Shown piece by piece: positions 10,700 to 21,103 of a DNA stretch of 64,000 nt (positions within the stretch are counted from its first letter, which is position 1; each line of letters begins with the position of its first letter). The translations under genes and the position numbers were made by a program. Location: positions 1,184,001 to 1,248,000 of the forward strand of contig OY970399.1 in the NCBI GenBank assembly GCA_963720545.1, read 5' to 3'. Source of the stretch: an uncultured Acidobacteriota bacterium. GTDB taxonomy: Bacteria > Acidobacteriota > Vicinamibacteria > Fen-336. The notes beneath the pieces are model-generated. The model did no database searches, had not been told where the DNA came from, and worked only from the letters and a program-made list of their open reading frames with translations.

Positions 10700-11814
10700 T
10701 GCGGTGCGGGCTCGGGCTCGGGCTCGGCCTCGGCCTCGGCCTCTATGGTCACCGCGGCGCCGTCGGGCAGGCCTTCCTGGCCGCGCACCACCACTTGTTC
10801 GCCGGCGCGCAGGCCCTTGGCGATCTCGGTCGTCTTGTCGGTGACGATGCCTGGAACCACCTCGCGGCGGTGCGCCTTGCCGTCCTTCTCCACGACGAAG
10901 ACCGTGGACTTGCCGTCTTCCGTCACAACTGCCTCGGAGGGCACGACGATGACGTTGCTGTGCTCCTCGGCGACGATCGCCACCTGCACCGTGGTGCCCG
11001 CGGCCAGCCCTTCGGGCGCGCTCATTCGCACCCCTGCGGTGCCGGTCGCCGGATCGACGGCGATGGGCAGGCCGAGTACGCGACCCTGCGCGGCGTCTTC
11101 CGCGTCAGGCGCGGCTGCCGGGCTCGTGACGCTGACCGCATGACCGACGACGATGCGCCCCAGGTCGCGCGCCGGCACCGCCGCGACGATCTGCAGGCGG
11201 CGAGGGTCGATGACGCGCAGCACCGGGTCGCCGGCAGCGCCGTCCACCGTGTCGCCGGGATTGTGGAAGCGCCGCGCGACGATGCCGTCGAAGCGCGCAC
11301 GCACCAGGGTCCGCGAGAGCAGTTCGGCCGCGTTGGCGGACGCCGCGCGCGCGCCGTCGAGCGCCGCCTCCGCGGCACGCAGTTCCTTTTCGGCGGCCTC
11401 CACGTCGCGCCTGGCCGCTATGCCTTTTCCCAGCAGCAGCGCCAGCCGCTCATGGCTGGCGCGCGCGTTCTCGAGGCCGGCCTTCGCCTGAGCCGCTTCC
11501 GCCGCCCTGCTGGAGGCTTCGGTGCGCAGCGTCGGCGCATCGAAGCGCACCAGCACGTCGCCCTTGCGGACGGCATCGCCTTCGGTGCGCGGCATCTGCG
11601 CGATGCGCGCCGGGCCTGGAGCGATGATGGTCCAGTCGGCGCCGGGGCCGGGTTCGACAGTTCCGGTCGCCGTGATCACGGCGCGGATCGTGTCCGTCGC
11701 GGCCGGCGCCACGCTCACGTCTACCGGCACCTCGGTCGCGATTTCCTCGGGCTCACGCCCGTGGCACGCGCAAAGCGCCGCTACTGCGACGAGCGCCGCA
11801 GCCTTCATGTTCAT
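10696..11814 (-). CDS. RND periplasmic adaptor (MFP), lipoprotein
   Basis: Lipobox-like LCAC, lipoyl and helical hairpin (EGDAVRKGDVLVRFD), GLRAGEQVVVRG; 4-bp overlaps with neighbours. Confidence 0.92.
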   Translation of the reverse strand: MNMKAAALVAVAALCACHGREPEEIATEVPVDVSVAPAATDTIRAVITATGTVEPGPGADWTIIAPGPARIAQMPRTEGDAVRKGDVLVRFDAPTLRTEASSRAAEAAQAKAGLENARASHERLALLLGKGIAARRDVEAAEKELRAAEAALDGARAASANAAELLSRTLVRARFDGIVARRFHNPGDTVDGAAGDPVLRVIDPRRLQIVAAVPARDLGRIVVGHAVSVTSPAAAPDAEDAAQGRVLGLPIAVDPATGTAGVRMSAPEGLAAGTTVQVAIVAEEHSNVIVVPSEAVVTEDGKSTVFVVEKDGKAHRREVVPGIVTDKTTEIAKGLRAGEQVVVRGQEGLPDGAAVTIEAEAEAEPEPEPAPQ

Positions 11815-13031
11815 GGCTGCGGCCCCAGGCGCAGCGCTCTCTGCAGGTCGGCCAGTGCCGTCTCGTAGTCGGACGCGGCTTGCAGCTCCTTCTGGCGCAG
11901 CTCGCGGGCCGCGCGCAGCGATTCGAGAAACTCGGCGAGCCCGGTTTGTCCCGCGCGATACGACTCCTCCGCCATCGCCTCCACCTCGCGGCTCTGCGGC
12001 AGCACCGTGTCGCGGTAGCGCAGGTACGCAGTGCGCGCCGCGGCGGCACGCGCGTGCGCCGCGAAGGCGCGCGCGCTCGCCTGAGTGGCGAACGCCGTGC
12101 GCTGCGCCTGCAACCGCGCGAGCGTTGCCTTCTCAAGCCGCACGGCGGCCCCGTGCCGGGTGAAGATCGGCACCACCATGGCGACCGCGGCGTGATAACC
12201 CCAGTCGAACTCCGGCTGTGCGTTGTGGGTGACGGCGCCTTCGACACTCAGGTCAGGCACTTGCTGCGCGCGCGCCAGGGCGACCCGCGCCTCGGCCTCC
12301 TTGAGCTGGCGGTCGAGCACGGCGAGGACGGCATTGGCTCCAGGCTCCGGCGTTTGCAGCGAGGGCATCTCTGCCAGGTCTGCCGCCACCTCGGTGGCGG
12401 CATCGACCGGCCGGCCGACGTGCGTGTTGAGCTCGGCGCGGGCTGCGGCTAGTTCGCCGCCTTGCGCCGCCGCCTCGTTCTGTGCGCCGGCCAGCGCCAG
12501 CCCGGCTTGCAGGACGTCGAGCCGGGCGACCTCGCCGGCTTCCTCGCGCTCGGTCGCGACCCGGTGCGCTCGGCCCGCGAGTTCGGCGATCTCGCGCGCG
12601 ATCGCGGCGCGGCGCTGCGCGGAAGCAACCGCATAGTAGGCGCGCACCGTATCGGCCTCCGCTTCGGCCTCGAGTTGCGCCGTCTCGGCTTCGCCCGTGA
12701 GGCGTGCCGCATCGGCCACCGCGATGCGCCGCCCGCGCTTGCCGCCGAGTTCGATCGGCTGCGTGAGCGACACGAGGTCGTGCGGCAGCTCGTTCGTGTG
12801 CTCGTAGCGAACCTCGGGATTTGGCCACTCGCCGGCGACGGCCAAGTTGGCGAGGTCAATTGGCCGGCGCAGGCGCGCGGCGACGAGCCGCGGATCGTTC
12901 GTTTTGGCGAGCGTCACTGCCTGCTCGAGCGTCATGGACGGTTCCTGCGGCGCCGCCGGATCCTGCGCGGCGCAGGGTACCGCGGCCCATCCGGACAGGG
13001 CCACCAGGATGCCGCAGCAGCCGCGTTTCAT
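11811..13031 (-). CDS. TolC family outer membrane efflux protein
   Basis: Signal peptide, TLEQAV, QPIELGGKRGRR, YRAGQTGLAEFL; first gene of the RND operon. Confidence 0.9.
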   Translation of the reverse strand: MKRGCCGILVALSGWAAVPCAAQDPAAPQEPSMTLEQAVTLAKTNDPRLVAARLRRPIDLANLAVAGEWPNPEVRYEHTNELPHDLVSLTQPIELGGKRGRRIAVADAARLTGEAETAQLEAEAEADTVRAYYAVASAQRRAAIAREIAELAGRAHRVATEREEAGEVARLDVLQAGLALAGAQNEAAAQGGELAAARAELNTHVGRPVDAATEVAADLAEMPSLQTPEPGANAVLAVLDRQLKEAEARVALARAQQVPDLSVEGAVTHNAQPEFDWGYHAAVAMVVPIFTRHGAAVRLEKATLARLQAQRTAFATQASARAFAAHARAAAARTAYLRYRDTVLPQSREVEAMAEESYRAGQTGLAEFLESLRAARELRQKELQAASDYETALADLQRALRLGPQP

Positions 13032-13130
13032 CGCCGCACCTTAAGAGGCGGCCCTTAACGGCAGTTGAACGAATCGCCGCGTCCGGCGGCCGTGCAGCGG
13101 CAGGTCCTATATCCTCCTTGTGGCATTGAA

Positions 13131-13850
13131 ATGAGCAAGACCCCGGGCCAGCGCAAGGGCACGGTGCTCGTCATCGAAGACGACACCGAGACGCGCACCG
13201 TCCTGTCCGAGGCGCTCGAGGAAGACGGCTACACGGTCTGCGCCCTGCCGCGACGACATGGCGCAACCCAGGCGCTGCGCCGCGCCGCCGCGGACGCCGT
13301 GGTCCTCGACGTCTGGCTGCCCGATGGCAGCGGCGTCGACTTGTGCCGCGAGTGGCGGACCGCCGGAATTCGCGTGCCGGTACTGATGCTTACCGCGCGC
13401 GCCGACGTCTCCTCGCGAGTCGAGGGCCTGGACGCAGGCGCCGACGACTATCTCGGCAAGCCGTTTGCCCTCTCGGAACTGCGCGCACGGCTGCGCGCGC
13501 TGATGCGGCGCGGGCACAGCGACCCGTCGGATGAGGTCTTCAACCGCGGCACGCTGCGCGTCGACTTCGGCCGCAGGCAGGCGTGGGTGGACGGCAAGGA
13601 GGTACCGCTCACCCGCCGGGAGCTCGAGGTGTTCGCGCGGCTCGTCTGGGGCCGCGGCCGCGCGGTGGCGCGCGAGGACTTGCTGGAGGAGATCTGGGGC
13701 GAAGCCACCGAGGAGACCGCCGCGAGCCTCGAGGTCATGGTGGCGCGGCTGCGGCGCAAGCTCGAGGGGGGGCACCGCGAAGCGATCATTCGCACCGTGC
13801 GCGGCCACGGTTACGCGCTCGCGGAGACGACCGAAGGCAACCCGCGTTGA
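13131..13850 (+). CDS. OmpR-family response regulator
   Basis: VIEDD, LDVWLPDGSG, GADDYLGKPF, winged helix IRTVRGHGY; start re-called at ATG 13131. Confidence 0.93.
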   Translation: MSKTPGQRKGTVLVIEDDTETRTVLSEALEEDGYTVCALPRRHGATQALRRAAADAVVLDVWLPDGSGVDLCREWRTAGIRVPVLMLTARADVSSRVEGLDAGADDYLGKPFALSELRARLRALMRRGHSDPSDEVFNRGTLRVDFGRRQAWVDGKEVPLTRRELEVFARLVWGRGRAVAREDLLEEIWGEATEETAASLEVMVARLRRKLEGGHREAIIRTVRGHGYALAETTEGNPR

Positions 13851-15199
13851 GGCGCCCGTCGATCGCACGGCGCGTGCTCCAGGGCACGGTGTTCGCGTCG
13901 GGGCTCAGCGCACTGGTGCTGGCCGCAGCGGCGGCGCTGGTTGCCCTCGTCGTGTGGCGCAACCAGGAAAGGCAGGAGCTCGAAGAGACGCGCACCGCGT
14001 TCGCGAGCGCCCTGGCTGCGGAGGTCGCGGAGCACGACGGCTCGCTGGCGAGAGGCGCGCGCGAGGCCGTGGTGGAGAGCGCCATCGTCGGCTACCGGGT
14101 CGAGGTGTGGCGCGACGGCGCGCTCGTCGCCGCAAACCTGCAGGGCCCGTCCGTGGGCGTGGCCGCGGCACCAGGCATCGCGATCGACGACCAGGGCTGG
14201 CTGAAGAGCACGTCGTGGCTCGCGGATCGCGCACAGTTGGTAGTGGCGGTGCGCAGCCGGCGCGCCGAGGCATTGCGCGTCTTTGGCGTGTCGCTGGCGC
14301 TGGCGGCGCCGGTCTGCCTGGGCTTCGCCTGGCTCATCGGCTCGTTCGTCGGCCGGCGCGCGACCCGTCCGTTGCTGCGCTTCAGCGACCGACTGGCGCG
14401 CGCCGAGCCGTTCCGGCCGCTCGGCGAACTCGACCTGGCCGACGCGCCGGCGGACGTCGCCGAACTCGAGGAATCGTTCGGCACGTTGTGGGAGCGGCTG
14501 CACCAGGCGCTCGCGCGCGAACGCGAGTTCGCCGCTAACGCGTCGCACGAGCTGCGGCTGCCGCTGACTCGCATCCGCCTGCGCGCCGAGCGCGCAATGG
14601 CGGCGGCGAGCCCCGAGGCGAAGGAGGAACTGCTCGAACAGGCCGGCGAGATCGACCGCATGGTGCGCCTCGTCGATTCGCTGCTGGTCCTCTCCCGCGA
14701 TCCGTCCGCCGGGATTCCGGGCGCCGAGGCCGTAAACGTCGCCGACGTGACCCGCGCCGCCGCCGCTCGCCTGCTGGGCGAGCGCTGGCTGGCGGCTGGC
14801 GACGACTTGCCCGACGAAGCCCTGGTCCGCGGCGACGAGGACCTGCTGTCGATCGCTGTAGAAAACCTGCTCGACAACGCCGCGAAGTTCACCTCGGGTG
14901 GCGAAGCCGTGCGCGTGGCGCTTGCCGAGCGCGACCACCGGGTGGAACTGGTCGTGACCTCGCCAGGGGCGCGCATCGAGGGCGGGCAGGCCGAGCGGCT
15001 GTTCGAGCGGTTCTACCGCTCGCCACAGGCGCGCGTCTCGCAGCGCGGTCACGGCCTCGGTTTGCCGCTGGCGCGCCACATCGCTCGCCTGCACGGCGGC
15101 GAGGTGCGCTGCGTTTCACGACCGCACGAAGACGCGGCGTTCGAGCTGTGCCTGCCCGGCTGGTCGCCGCACGCTGTGCAGGGCGCACAGTCGCTCTAG
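13847..15199 (+). CDS. Membrane sensor histidine kinase
   Basis: Probable TTG start overlapping regulator stop; two TM segments, ANASHELRLPL, NLLDNAAKF, FERFYR, GHGLGL. Confidence 0.9.
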   Translation: MRRPSIARRVLQGTVFASGLSALVLAAAAALVALVVWRNQERQELEETRTAFASALAAEVAEHDGSLARGAREAVVESAIVGYRVEVWRDGALVAANLQGPSVGVAAAPGIAIDDQGWLKSTSWLADRAQLVVAVRSRRAEALRVFGVSLALAAPVCLGFAWLIGSFVGRRATRPLLRFSDRLARAEPFRPLGELDLADAPADVAELEESFGTLWERLHQALAREREFAANASHELRLPLTRIRLRAERAMAAASPEAKEELLEQAGEIDRMVRLVDSLLVLSRDPSAGIPGAEAVNVADVTRAAAARLLGERWLAAGDDLPDEALVRGDEDLLSIAVENLLDNAAKFTSGGEAVRVALAERDHRVELVVTSPGARIEGGQAERLFERFYRSPQARVSQRGHGLGLPLARHIARLHGGEVRCVSRPHEDAAFELCLPGWSPHAVQGAQSL

Positions 15200-17788
15200 A
15201 ACGCGAGGCCGGTCTTGATATAGATGCCCAGCCGGCCCTCGCTGCGCGCTGCCGAGACCGTCACCGAATTGCGGCGATTGGGCGAGGCGAACCACAGGCC
15301 GCCGCCGACGCCGTGGTGCCACTTGTTGGCCGACGGCGAGTCGCCGTCGAAATAGATGCGGCCGATGTCGAACAGGCCGAGGACGCCGATCTCTCCGGGA
15401 ACGAACACGAACACGTTGCCAAGCGACAAGCCGCAGCTCGGTGTTCGCATAGAGGACGCCGTCGCCGGCGAAGCGCTGCTGGCGCAGGCCGCGCACCACT
15501 CCGGCACCGTCGCCGGAGAACTCGTCGGCCGACGGCACCGGCCGGCCGCCGAGGAACGCCGCTTCGAAGTATGGATAGTCGCCGAACACGTGCTTGCCGC
15601 CGCCGCGCAGCATCAGGATCACCTTGCCTGGCGCAGACGGACTGAGGTAGGTGCTCGCTTCGGCGTGCAGCTCGCCGAAGGTGTCGTCGAGGCCCCAGGC
15701 CTTCGGATAGATGTGGCCGTGCGACCAGATCCGCACGCCGCGGCTGGGCCAGGCAGGCTTGTCGGTGGTGTCGAAGCGCGCCGCGAAGCCGGCGCCCAAC
15801 TGGCCGATCGTCTTGGTACTGACGGCGCGCTCACCACTGAAGACCGGGTTGCCGCGCGGTTCGGTGAACGTGTATTTCAGGACCGACTCGAACGACAGCG
15901 AGAGCTTGCCGATCGGCAGCGTCAGCCGCGGCGCGAAGATGAACTGGTCGTTCTCGATCTTGGCGCGGTCGTCGGGGTCGATCGCCGGGCTGTCGTTGCC
16001 GAATCCGTAGAAACGGAAGATCTCATAGCCGGATCCGATCGCGGTGAGGCCGGCTGTTATCGGCGAGTTCTCGAAGCGGCGGTCGAATTCGTAGACGCCG
16101 CGGAATGCCTTGCGCGACGAGGAGAAGCTGAGCGAGGCACGGTGCTGCGCGGCGTACGGGAACTTGCGAAAGCCGAAGCGGGTCGAAAGCAAGGCCACCG
16201 TCGGTACGACGCCAAGGTCGGTGCCGCCGCCAACTCGCAGCAGCCAGACGTTGCGCCTGCCCCAGTCGCGCGGCGGAATCCAGTCGCCGCTGCGATTGAC
16301 GGGCGGAGCCACGAACACGCCGCGATCCTGCCAGGTGCCGGGGCCCGGGACGACCTTGTCGAGCGTGCCGGATTCGTAGAAGCGCGTCTTGCCGCCGGCG
16401 GAATCGTCGAGGTTGTCGTCGCCTTCGCCGCCGACGACACGCAGCACGATGGCGCCCGCCTTGCCGCGGGTGACGACTCGGTCGTCGCCGCCGAAGAGCA
16501 GCAGGCGCACTTCGCGCGTCTCCTTTTCGTGGAACGTGCGCTGGAAGTAGGGCGCGCCGGCATCAGCCGCGACCTTGACCGTCACGTCGCCGCCGTTGCC
16601 GCGCTCGACATCCACGTTTTCGGCGACGTCGGTCGCGTAGACGTCCACCTGCTTCGCGAGGAACTCGTAGAAGCGCACGGCTTGCTTCGCCAGCGCGTCG
16701 CGCCGGTGTTTCAGCGCCGCCGCCAGGACCGCCCCGTTGTGCGCGAAGTACTCGGGCGGCATGCGCCGCGCGGCCGCGTCGATCACGGCATCGGTTATGA
16801 GGCGTTGCACGGTCGCCGCCTCCTCCTCGAAGGCGGGGCGCTCGAGACCCGCGAGCAGCCGCCGATCCACGTCCGAGCCGTCGAAGGTCAGGCCCTCCAT
16901 GCTCGAGTAGTCCTTGCCGAAATCGACGAGCAGCGGCAGCGACGGGCGCAGCACCGAGATCGCGATGCCGTTGAACTTGACGAATGCCTGGTCGCGGTCC
17001 TCCGGTATCGGCTGCCATAGCGGGTTGCCGGCCAGCTTGACCCACCGCCATTGATTGCGGTGGCGGTCCCAGTCGCCGATCAGCTGGTCGATGAGCCTGG
17101 CGCGCAGGTAGGCACGGGCGTCGACGCGCACCGCCGGACTCTCACGCGTGCGTCGCCACAGCTCCTCGCCGTCGATGTTCTCCTCTGCGGCAACGAGGCC
17201 CGGGCTGCCGCCGTATTCCTCGATGTCGCCGAGCACGCCCTTGAAGTCGTCGCGGAACTCGCCCAGGCGCGGGTCGTCCGGCATCACGGCGAGGCGCGGC
17301 TCGTTGTGCAGGACCTGCGCGGCTTCCAGCAGCGGCGGGACGATGACCTGGGCCGCCGGATGCCCAGACGCCATCTGGTCGACGATGAAGCGCGTGGCAA
17401 AGGTTTCGCGCAGCTCGATCGGAAGCAGCCCCGAAGGGTCCTTCAACAGAGGCCGGAAGGTGTACAGGCGTCCGTCGGCCGCCTGGAACGCGAGGCTCTT
17501 GCTCTGCCCGTGGCCGACGATCCGCGTCGGCGTGATGCCGCCGCCGTAAGTCCCGAGGTCGAGGACCTCCGCGTCGAACGGCGTCAGCCACAACTTGCGG
17601 TAGTTGCTCCCGAACAACCAGCGGTACAAGCCGCCTTTGCGGTAACGCGCGCCGGCGACGACGCGCTTCGTGCCCGCCGATTCCGCAGTCGCCTGCGCGG
17701 CGCCGGCCTCGGTTGCGACAAAGGCGGCGCCAACGCTCAGTGCGGCAATGACGTTCCTTATTCCGTGAAGCTGCCGTGCACGAGACAT
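15196..17788 (-). CDS. Omp85/BamA-TamA family protein with N-terminal kinase-like domain; one frameshift near 15430
   Basis: Signal peptide; GHGQSKSL, DWDRHRNQW and PEDRDQAF motifs; barrel loop VRGLRQQRFAGD; C-terminal strands ending GLAF lie in ORF 15196..15507. Confidence 0.75.
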
Positions 17789-17842
17789 GTTGACTCCCGC
17801 GCAAGCGTAGGACCCGCTGCTTAACAGCAGGTGAACGACCCC

Positions 17843-17884
17843 GTTTTTCTGAGGCTCCTTGCGCTTGCCGGTGGCCCGAGGGCC
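17843..17884. repeat. REP-like hairpin element
   Basis: Reverse complement reads CCCTCGGGCCACCGGCAAGCGCAAGGAGCCTCAGAAAAAC, close to the copy at 54138-54176. Confidence 0.65.
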
Positions 17885-17916
17885 CTCGGGAAACGGGGTG
17901 CTGTAGCCTGCGGCGC

Positions 17917-19236
17917 ATGGAACGCCGACGATTCAACGCCAACCTGATGATGGCCATGCCCGCAGTTGCGCTTGGGGCGCGTCCGGCGGCCGGTGCCGCG
18001 CCGCCAGCGAAGCCGCTCGTCAACGGCGATCGGCTCAACGCGCACCTTGGGGAACTCTCACAGTTCGGCAAGACGCCCGAGGGGGGGACGAGCCGCGTTG
18101 CCTACTCCGATGCCGACGTACAGGCGCGCGAGTACGCGAAGGGGCTGATGCGCGCGGCGCGGCTCGACGTTTCGGTGGATGCCGCCGGCAACATCGTCGG
18201 CCGGCGGCCAGGCACCGATGCGAATGCGAAGCCGCTGATGATCGGCTCGCACATCGACTCGGTGCCGCAAGGCGGGATGTACGACGGCCAGGTCGGCTCG
18301 ATGGGCGCGATCGAAGTGGCGCAATCGCTCGCCGAGCAGGGCATTTCCCTGAAGCACCCGCTCGAAGTGGCGATCTTCGCGAACGAGGAAGGCATCACCG
18401 TAGGCAGCAGCGCGCTTGCCGGCGGCCTGAAGCCTGAGCAGCTCGGACAGATGACGCAGAGCGGCAAGACGATCGGCGACGGCACGCGGTTCATCGGCGG
18501 CGATCCCGCGCGCGTCGCGAGCGTCGCGCGCCAGAAGGGCGACGTCGCCGGTTTCCTCGAGCTGCACATCGAGCAGGGCGGCACGCTGCAAAAGGACGGC
18601 ATCGCCATCGGCGTCGTCACCGGCATCGTCTGCGTCCACTGGTGGGACGTGGCGATCGACGGCTTCGCCAACCACGCCGGCACGACGCCGATGGACCAGC
18701 GCCACGACGCGCTGCTGGCGGCGGCGAAGTACGTCGAGGCCGTGAACCGTGTCGTGACCTCCATGCCCGGCCGACAGGTGGGCACGGTGGGAAAGCTGCG
18801 CGCCTTCCCCGGCGCCAACAACATCGTGCCCGGCAAGGTCGAGACGGTCCTCGAGCTGCGCGACCTCGATGCCGCGAAGATACCGGTGTTGTTCGAGCGC
18901 GTGCAGGAGGAGGTGCGCGCGATCGAGGCGGCGAGCGGCACGAAGTTCACGTTCACGAAGGTGAGCGGTTCGAAGCCGGCACTCTGCGACCCACGCTTCA
19001 TGGAGGCGGTCGCGTCCTCGGCGCAGGAGCTCGGCCTCTCGAACCGGCCGCTGCCGAGCGGCGCCGGCCAGGACGCACAGGAGATCGCGATTCTGTGCCC
19101 GATCGGCATGGTCTTCATCCCCAGCCGCGACGGCATCAGCCACAGCCCGAAGGAATACTCGAAGCCGGAGGACATCACGAACGGCGCCAACGTGTTGCTG
19201 CGGGCGCTGCTGAAGCTGGACGGGATGAACCTCTAA
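17917..19236 (+). CDS. M20 family Zn-dependent hydrolase (N-carbamoyl-amino acid hydrolase type), Tat-like signal
   Basis: GSHIDSV, YDG, NEEG, ELHIEQG, NHAGTTPM, GISHSPKE; N-terminal RRRF. Confidence 0.9.
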   Translation: MERRRFNANLMMAMPAVALGARPAAGAAPPAKPLVNGDRLNAHLGELSQFGKTPEGGTSRVAYSDADVQAREYAKGLMRAARLDVSVDAAGNIVGRRPGTDANAKPLMIGSHIDSVPQGGMYDGQVGSMGAIEVAQSLAEQGISLKHPLEVAIFANEEGITVGSSALAGGLKPEQLGQMTQSGKTIGDGTRFIGGDPARVASVARQKGDVAGFLELHIEQGGTLQKDGIAIGVVTGIVCVHWWDVAIDGFANHAGTTPMDQRHDALLAAAKYVEAVNRVVTSMPGRQVGTVGKLRAFPGANNIVPGKVETVLELRDLDAAKIPVLFERVQEEVRAIEAASGTKFTFTKVSGSKPALCDPRFMEAVASSAQELGLSNRPLPSGAGQDAQEIAILCPIGMVFIPSRDGISHSPKEYSKPEDITNGANVLLRALLKLDGMNL

Positions 19237-20789
19237 AGGACCGGGGGCGTGCGGCGCAGCGGGCCGCGGGCTTGCTCGAAGGCGTGGGCCATCTGCAGAA
19301 CGGCGAAGTCGTGGTGGTGGCGGCCGACGATCTGCAGGCCGACCGGCAGGCCCTGCGGCGCGAAGCCCGCGGGCACCGAGATGGCCGGCAGGCCGGTGAG
19401 CGTGATCGCGTAGCAGCTCGCCATCCAGTCGATGTAGGTCGTCATCTTGACGTCGTTGATCTGGTGCACCCAGCGCTCTTCTACCGGGAACGGCAGCACC
19501 TGGGACACCGGCAGCACCAGGTAGTCGTAGCGCTCCATGAACACGCGCACCCGGTCGTAAAGCGCTCCTTGCTTCGCGAGCGCGTGCGAAACGTCGAGTC
19601 CCGACAGCTTCATGCCCTGCTCGGCATTCCAGATGACGGTGTCCTTCAGCAGCTCACGATGCGCCTTCAGGTGCTGCTCGTGGCCGGCCGCATAGCCCCA
19701 CGCGCGCAGCGCCTGGAACGCCTCATCGGCATCGGCGAAATCCGGCTCGCCGTCTTCGACCACGCAGCCGAGGTCGGTGAAGACGCCGCGCACCGAGTCG
19801 CAGGCCGCATTGACTGCGGGCTCGACGGGATAGCGGCCGAGGTTGCGGCTCCAGGCGACGCGGGTGCCCTTGAAGCTGCGCGCCAGCGGCCGGCGGAACG
19901 TTTCGCCCGCGTCCTCGAGCGCCAGCGGCGCGCGCGGGTCGGGACCGGCCATCGCCGAAAGCAGCAGCGCGACATCCTCGGCCGAGCGCCCCATGGGGCC
20001 TGAGACCGACAGCGTCGCCCACGGCAGCCGCGACGGCCAATCGGGAACACGACCCGGTGAAGGACGCAGGCCGACGACGCCGCAGAAGCTCGGCGGGTTG
20101 CGCAGCGAGCCGCCCAGGTCGCTGCCGTCCGCTATCGGCAGCATTCCTGTGGCCAGCGCCACGGCGCCGCCGCCGCTGCTGCCGCCGCAGGTCTTCGACG
20201 GGTCCCACGGGTTCCGTGTCTCGCCGAACACCTCATTGAAGGTCTGCGAGCCGGCGCCGAACTCCGGCGTGTTGGTCTTGCCGATGACGACGGCACCGGC
20301 CGCACGGATGCGCTCGACCAGAAGCTCGTCCAGCGTGGGCACATTGTCCTTGTAGATGCGCGAACCGTAGGTGGTGCGGATCCCTTTGGTGTCGACCAGG
20401 TCCTTGATGGCGATCGGCAGGCCGTGCAGCGGACCGACCGTCGCCTTGCGCGCCAGCGCGGCGTCGGCAGCGGCGGCTGCCTTGCGCGCTTCTTCCGGCA
20501 GCAGCGTCACGATTGCGTTCACCTTCGGGTTCACGCGTTCGATCTGGCGCAGGTGCGCTTCGAGCAACTCGCTCGCCGACACTTGTCGCGTGCGCACGAG
20601 GCGCGCCAGCTCGGTGGCGCTCTTGAAGCACAGCCCGGTTGAGTCGCCGCGAGCTGCCGGTGCCGCTGGTTGTGCTGCCGGTGCCTGCGCGGCTTCCGCC
20701 GTGCGTGCCACGAGCGCCACCGCCATGCCGCCGCCGGCGCGCTGCAGTGCCTCGCGGCGGCCCATCGTGTTGAGGCGTTCGTCGCTCAT
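19233..20789 (-). CDS. Amidase signature family enzyme, Tat-like signal
   Basis: GLPIAIKD, GKTNTPEF, GGSSGG, GSDLGGSLRNP; GRREAL at N-terminus; start re-called. Confidence 0.92.
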   Translation of the reverse strand: MSDERLNTMGRREALQRAGGGMAVALVARTAEAAQAPAAQPAAPAARGDSTGLCFKSATELARLVRTRQVSASELLEAHLRQIERVNPKVNAIVTLLPEEARKAAAAADAALARKATVGPLHGLPIAIKDLVDTKGIRTTYGSRIYKDNVPTLDELLVERIRAAGAVVIGKTNTPEFGAGSQTFNEVFGETRNPWDPSKTCGGSSGGGAVALATGMLPIADGSDLGGSLRNPPSFCGVVGLRPSPGRVPDWPSRLPWATLSVSGPMGRSAEDVALLLSAMAGPDPRAPLALEDAGETFRRPLARSFKGTRVAWSRNLGRYPVEPAVNAACDSVRGVFTDLGCVVEDGEPDFADADEAFQALRAWGYAAGHEQHLKAHRELLKDTVIWNAEQGMKLSGLDVSHALAKQGALYDRVRVFMERYDYLVLPVSQVLPFPVEERWVHQINDVKMTTYIDWMASCYAITLTGLPAISVPAGFAPQGLPVGLQIVGRHHHDFAVLQMAHAFEQARGPLRRTPPVL

Positions 20790-20820
20790 GGGTGCTCCGG
20801 TTGGGGCAGAATCGTACAGC

Positions 20821-21012
20821 GTGGAGAGCAACGAAGAAGAACGCGTCACTTGCCCGTACTGCGGCGAGAGCGTCGCGCTCGCCCTCGAAAGCGACGTCGC
20901 CGGCGAGTTCGTGCAGGACTGCGAGGTGTGCTGCAACCCGTGGCGGGTGCGGGTGCGTCGCCGGGGCGCGCGCCGCACCATCGACGTCAGCCGCGCGGAT
21001 GGCTCGGAGTAG
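20821..21012 (+). CDS. CPXCG-motif cysteine-rich small protein
   Basis: GTG start; TCPYCGE...QDCEVCCNPW. Confidence 0.8.
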   Translation: MESNEEERVTCPYCGESVALALESDVAGEFVQDCEVCCNPWRVRVRRRGARRTIDVSRADGSE

Positions 21013-21103
21013 CGGTCCCTTGTGACCGGCGACACACGCCACCGCACGATTTCTCTTTCGTTCGCGCGCAGATTCGGCTATTGTCCTCAACCAGTTTCTA
21101 GAA

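Noticed and set aside
10705..10741. Hexamer repeats here and at 21268-21300 as phase-variation tracts
   Set aside because: In-frame multiples of three encoding EA/EP and PN linkers; they would not switch expression.
13039..13058. CTTAA direct repeat as an OmpR-family box
   Set aside because: 14-bp spacing does not fit the usual 10-11 bp, and one copy is explained by the -10 element of the tolC gene.
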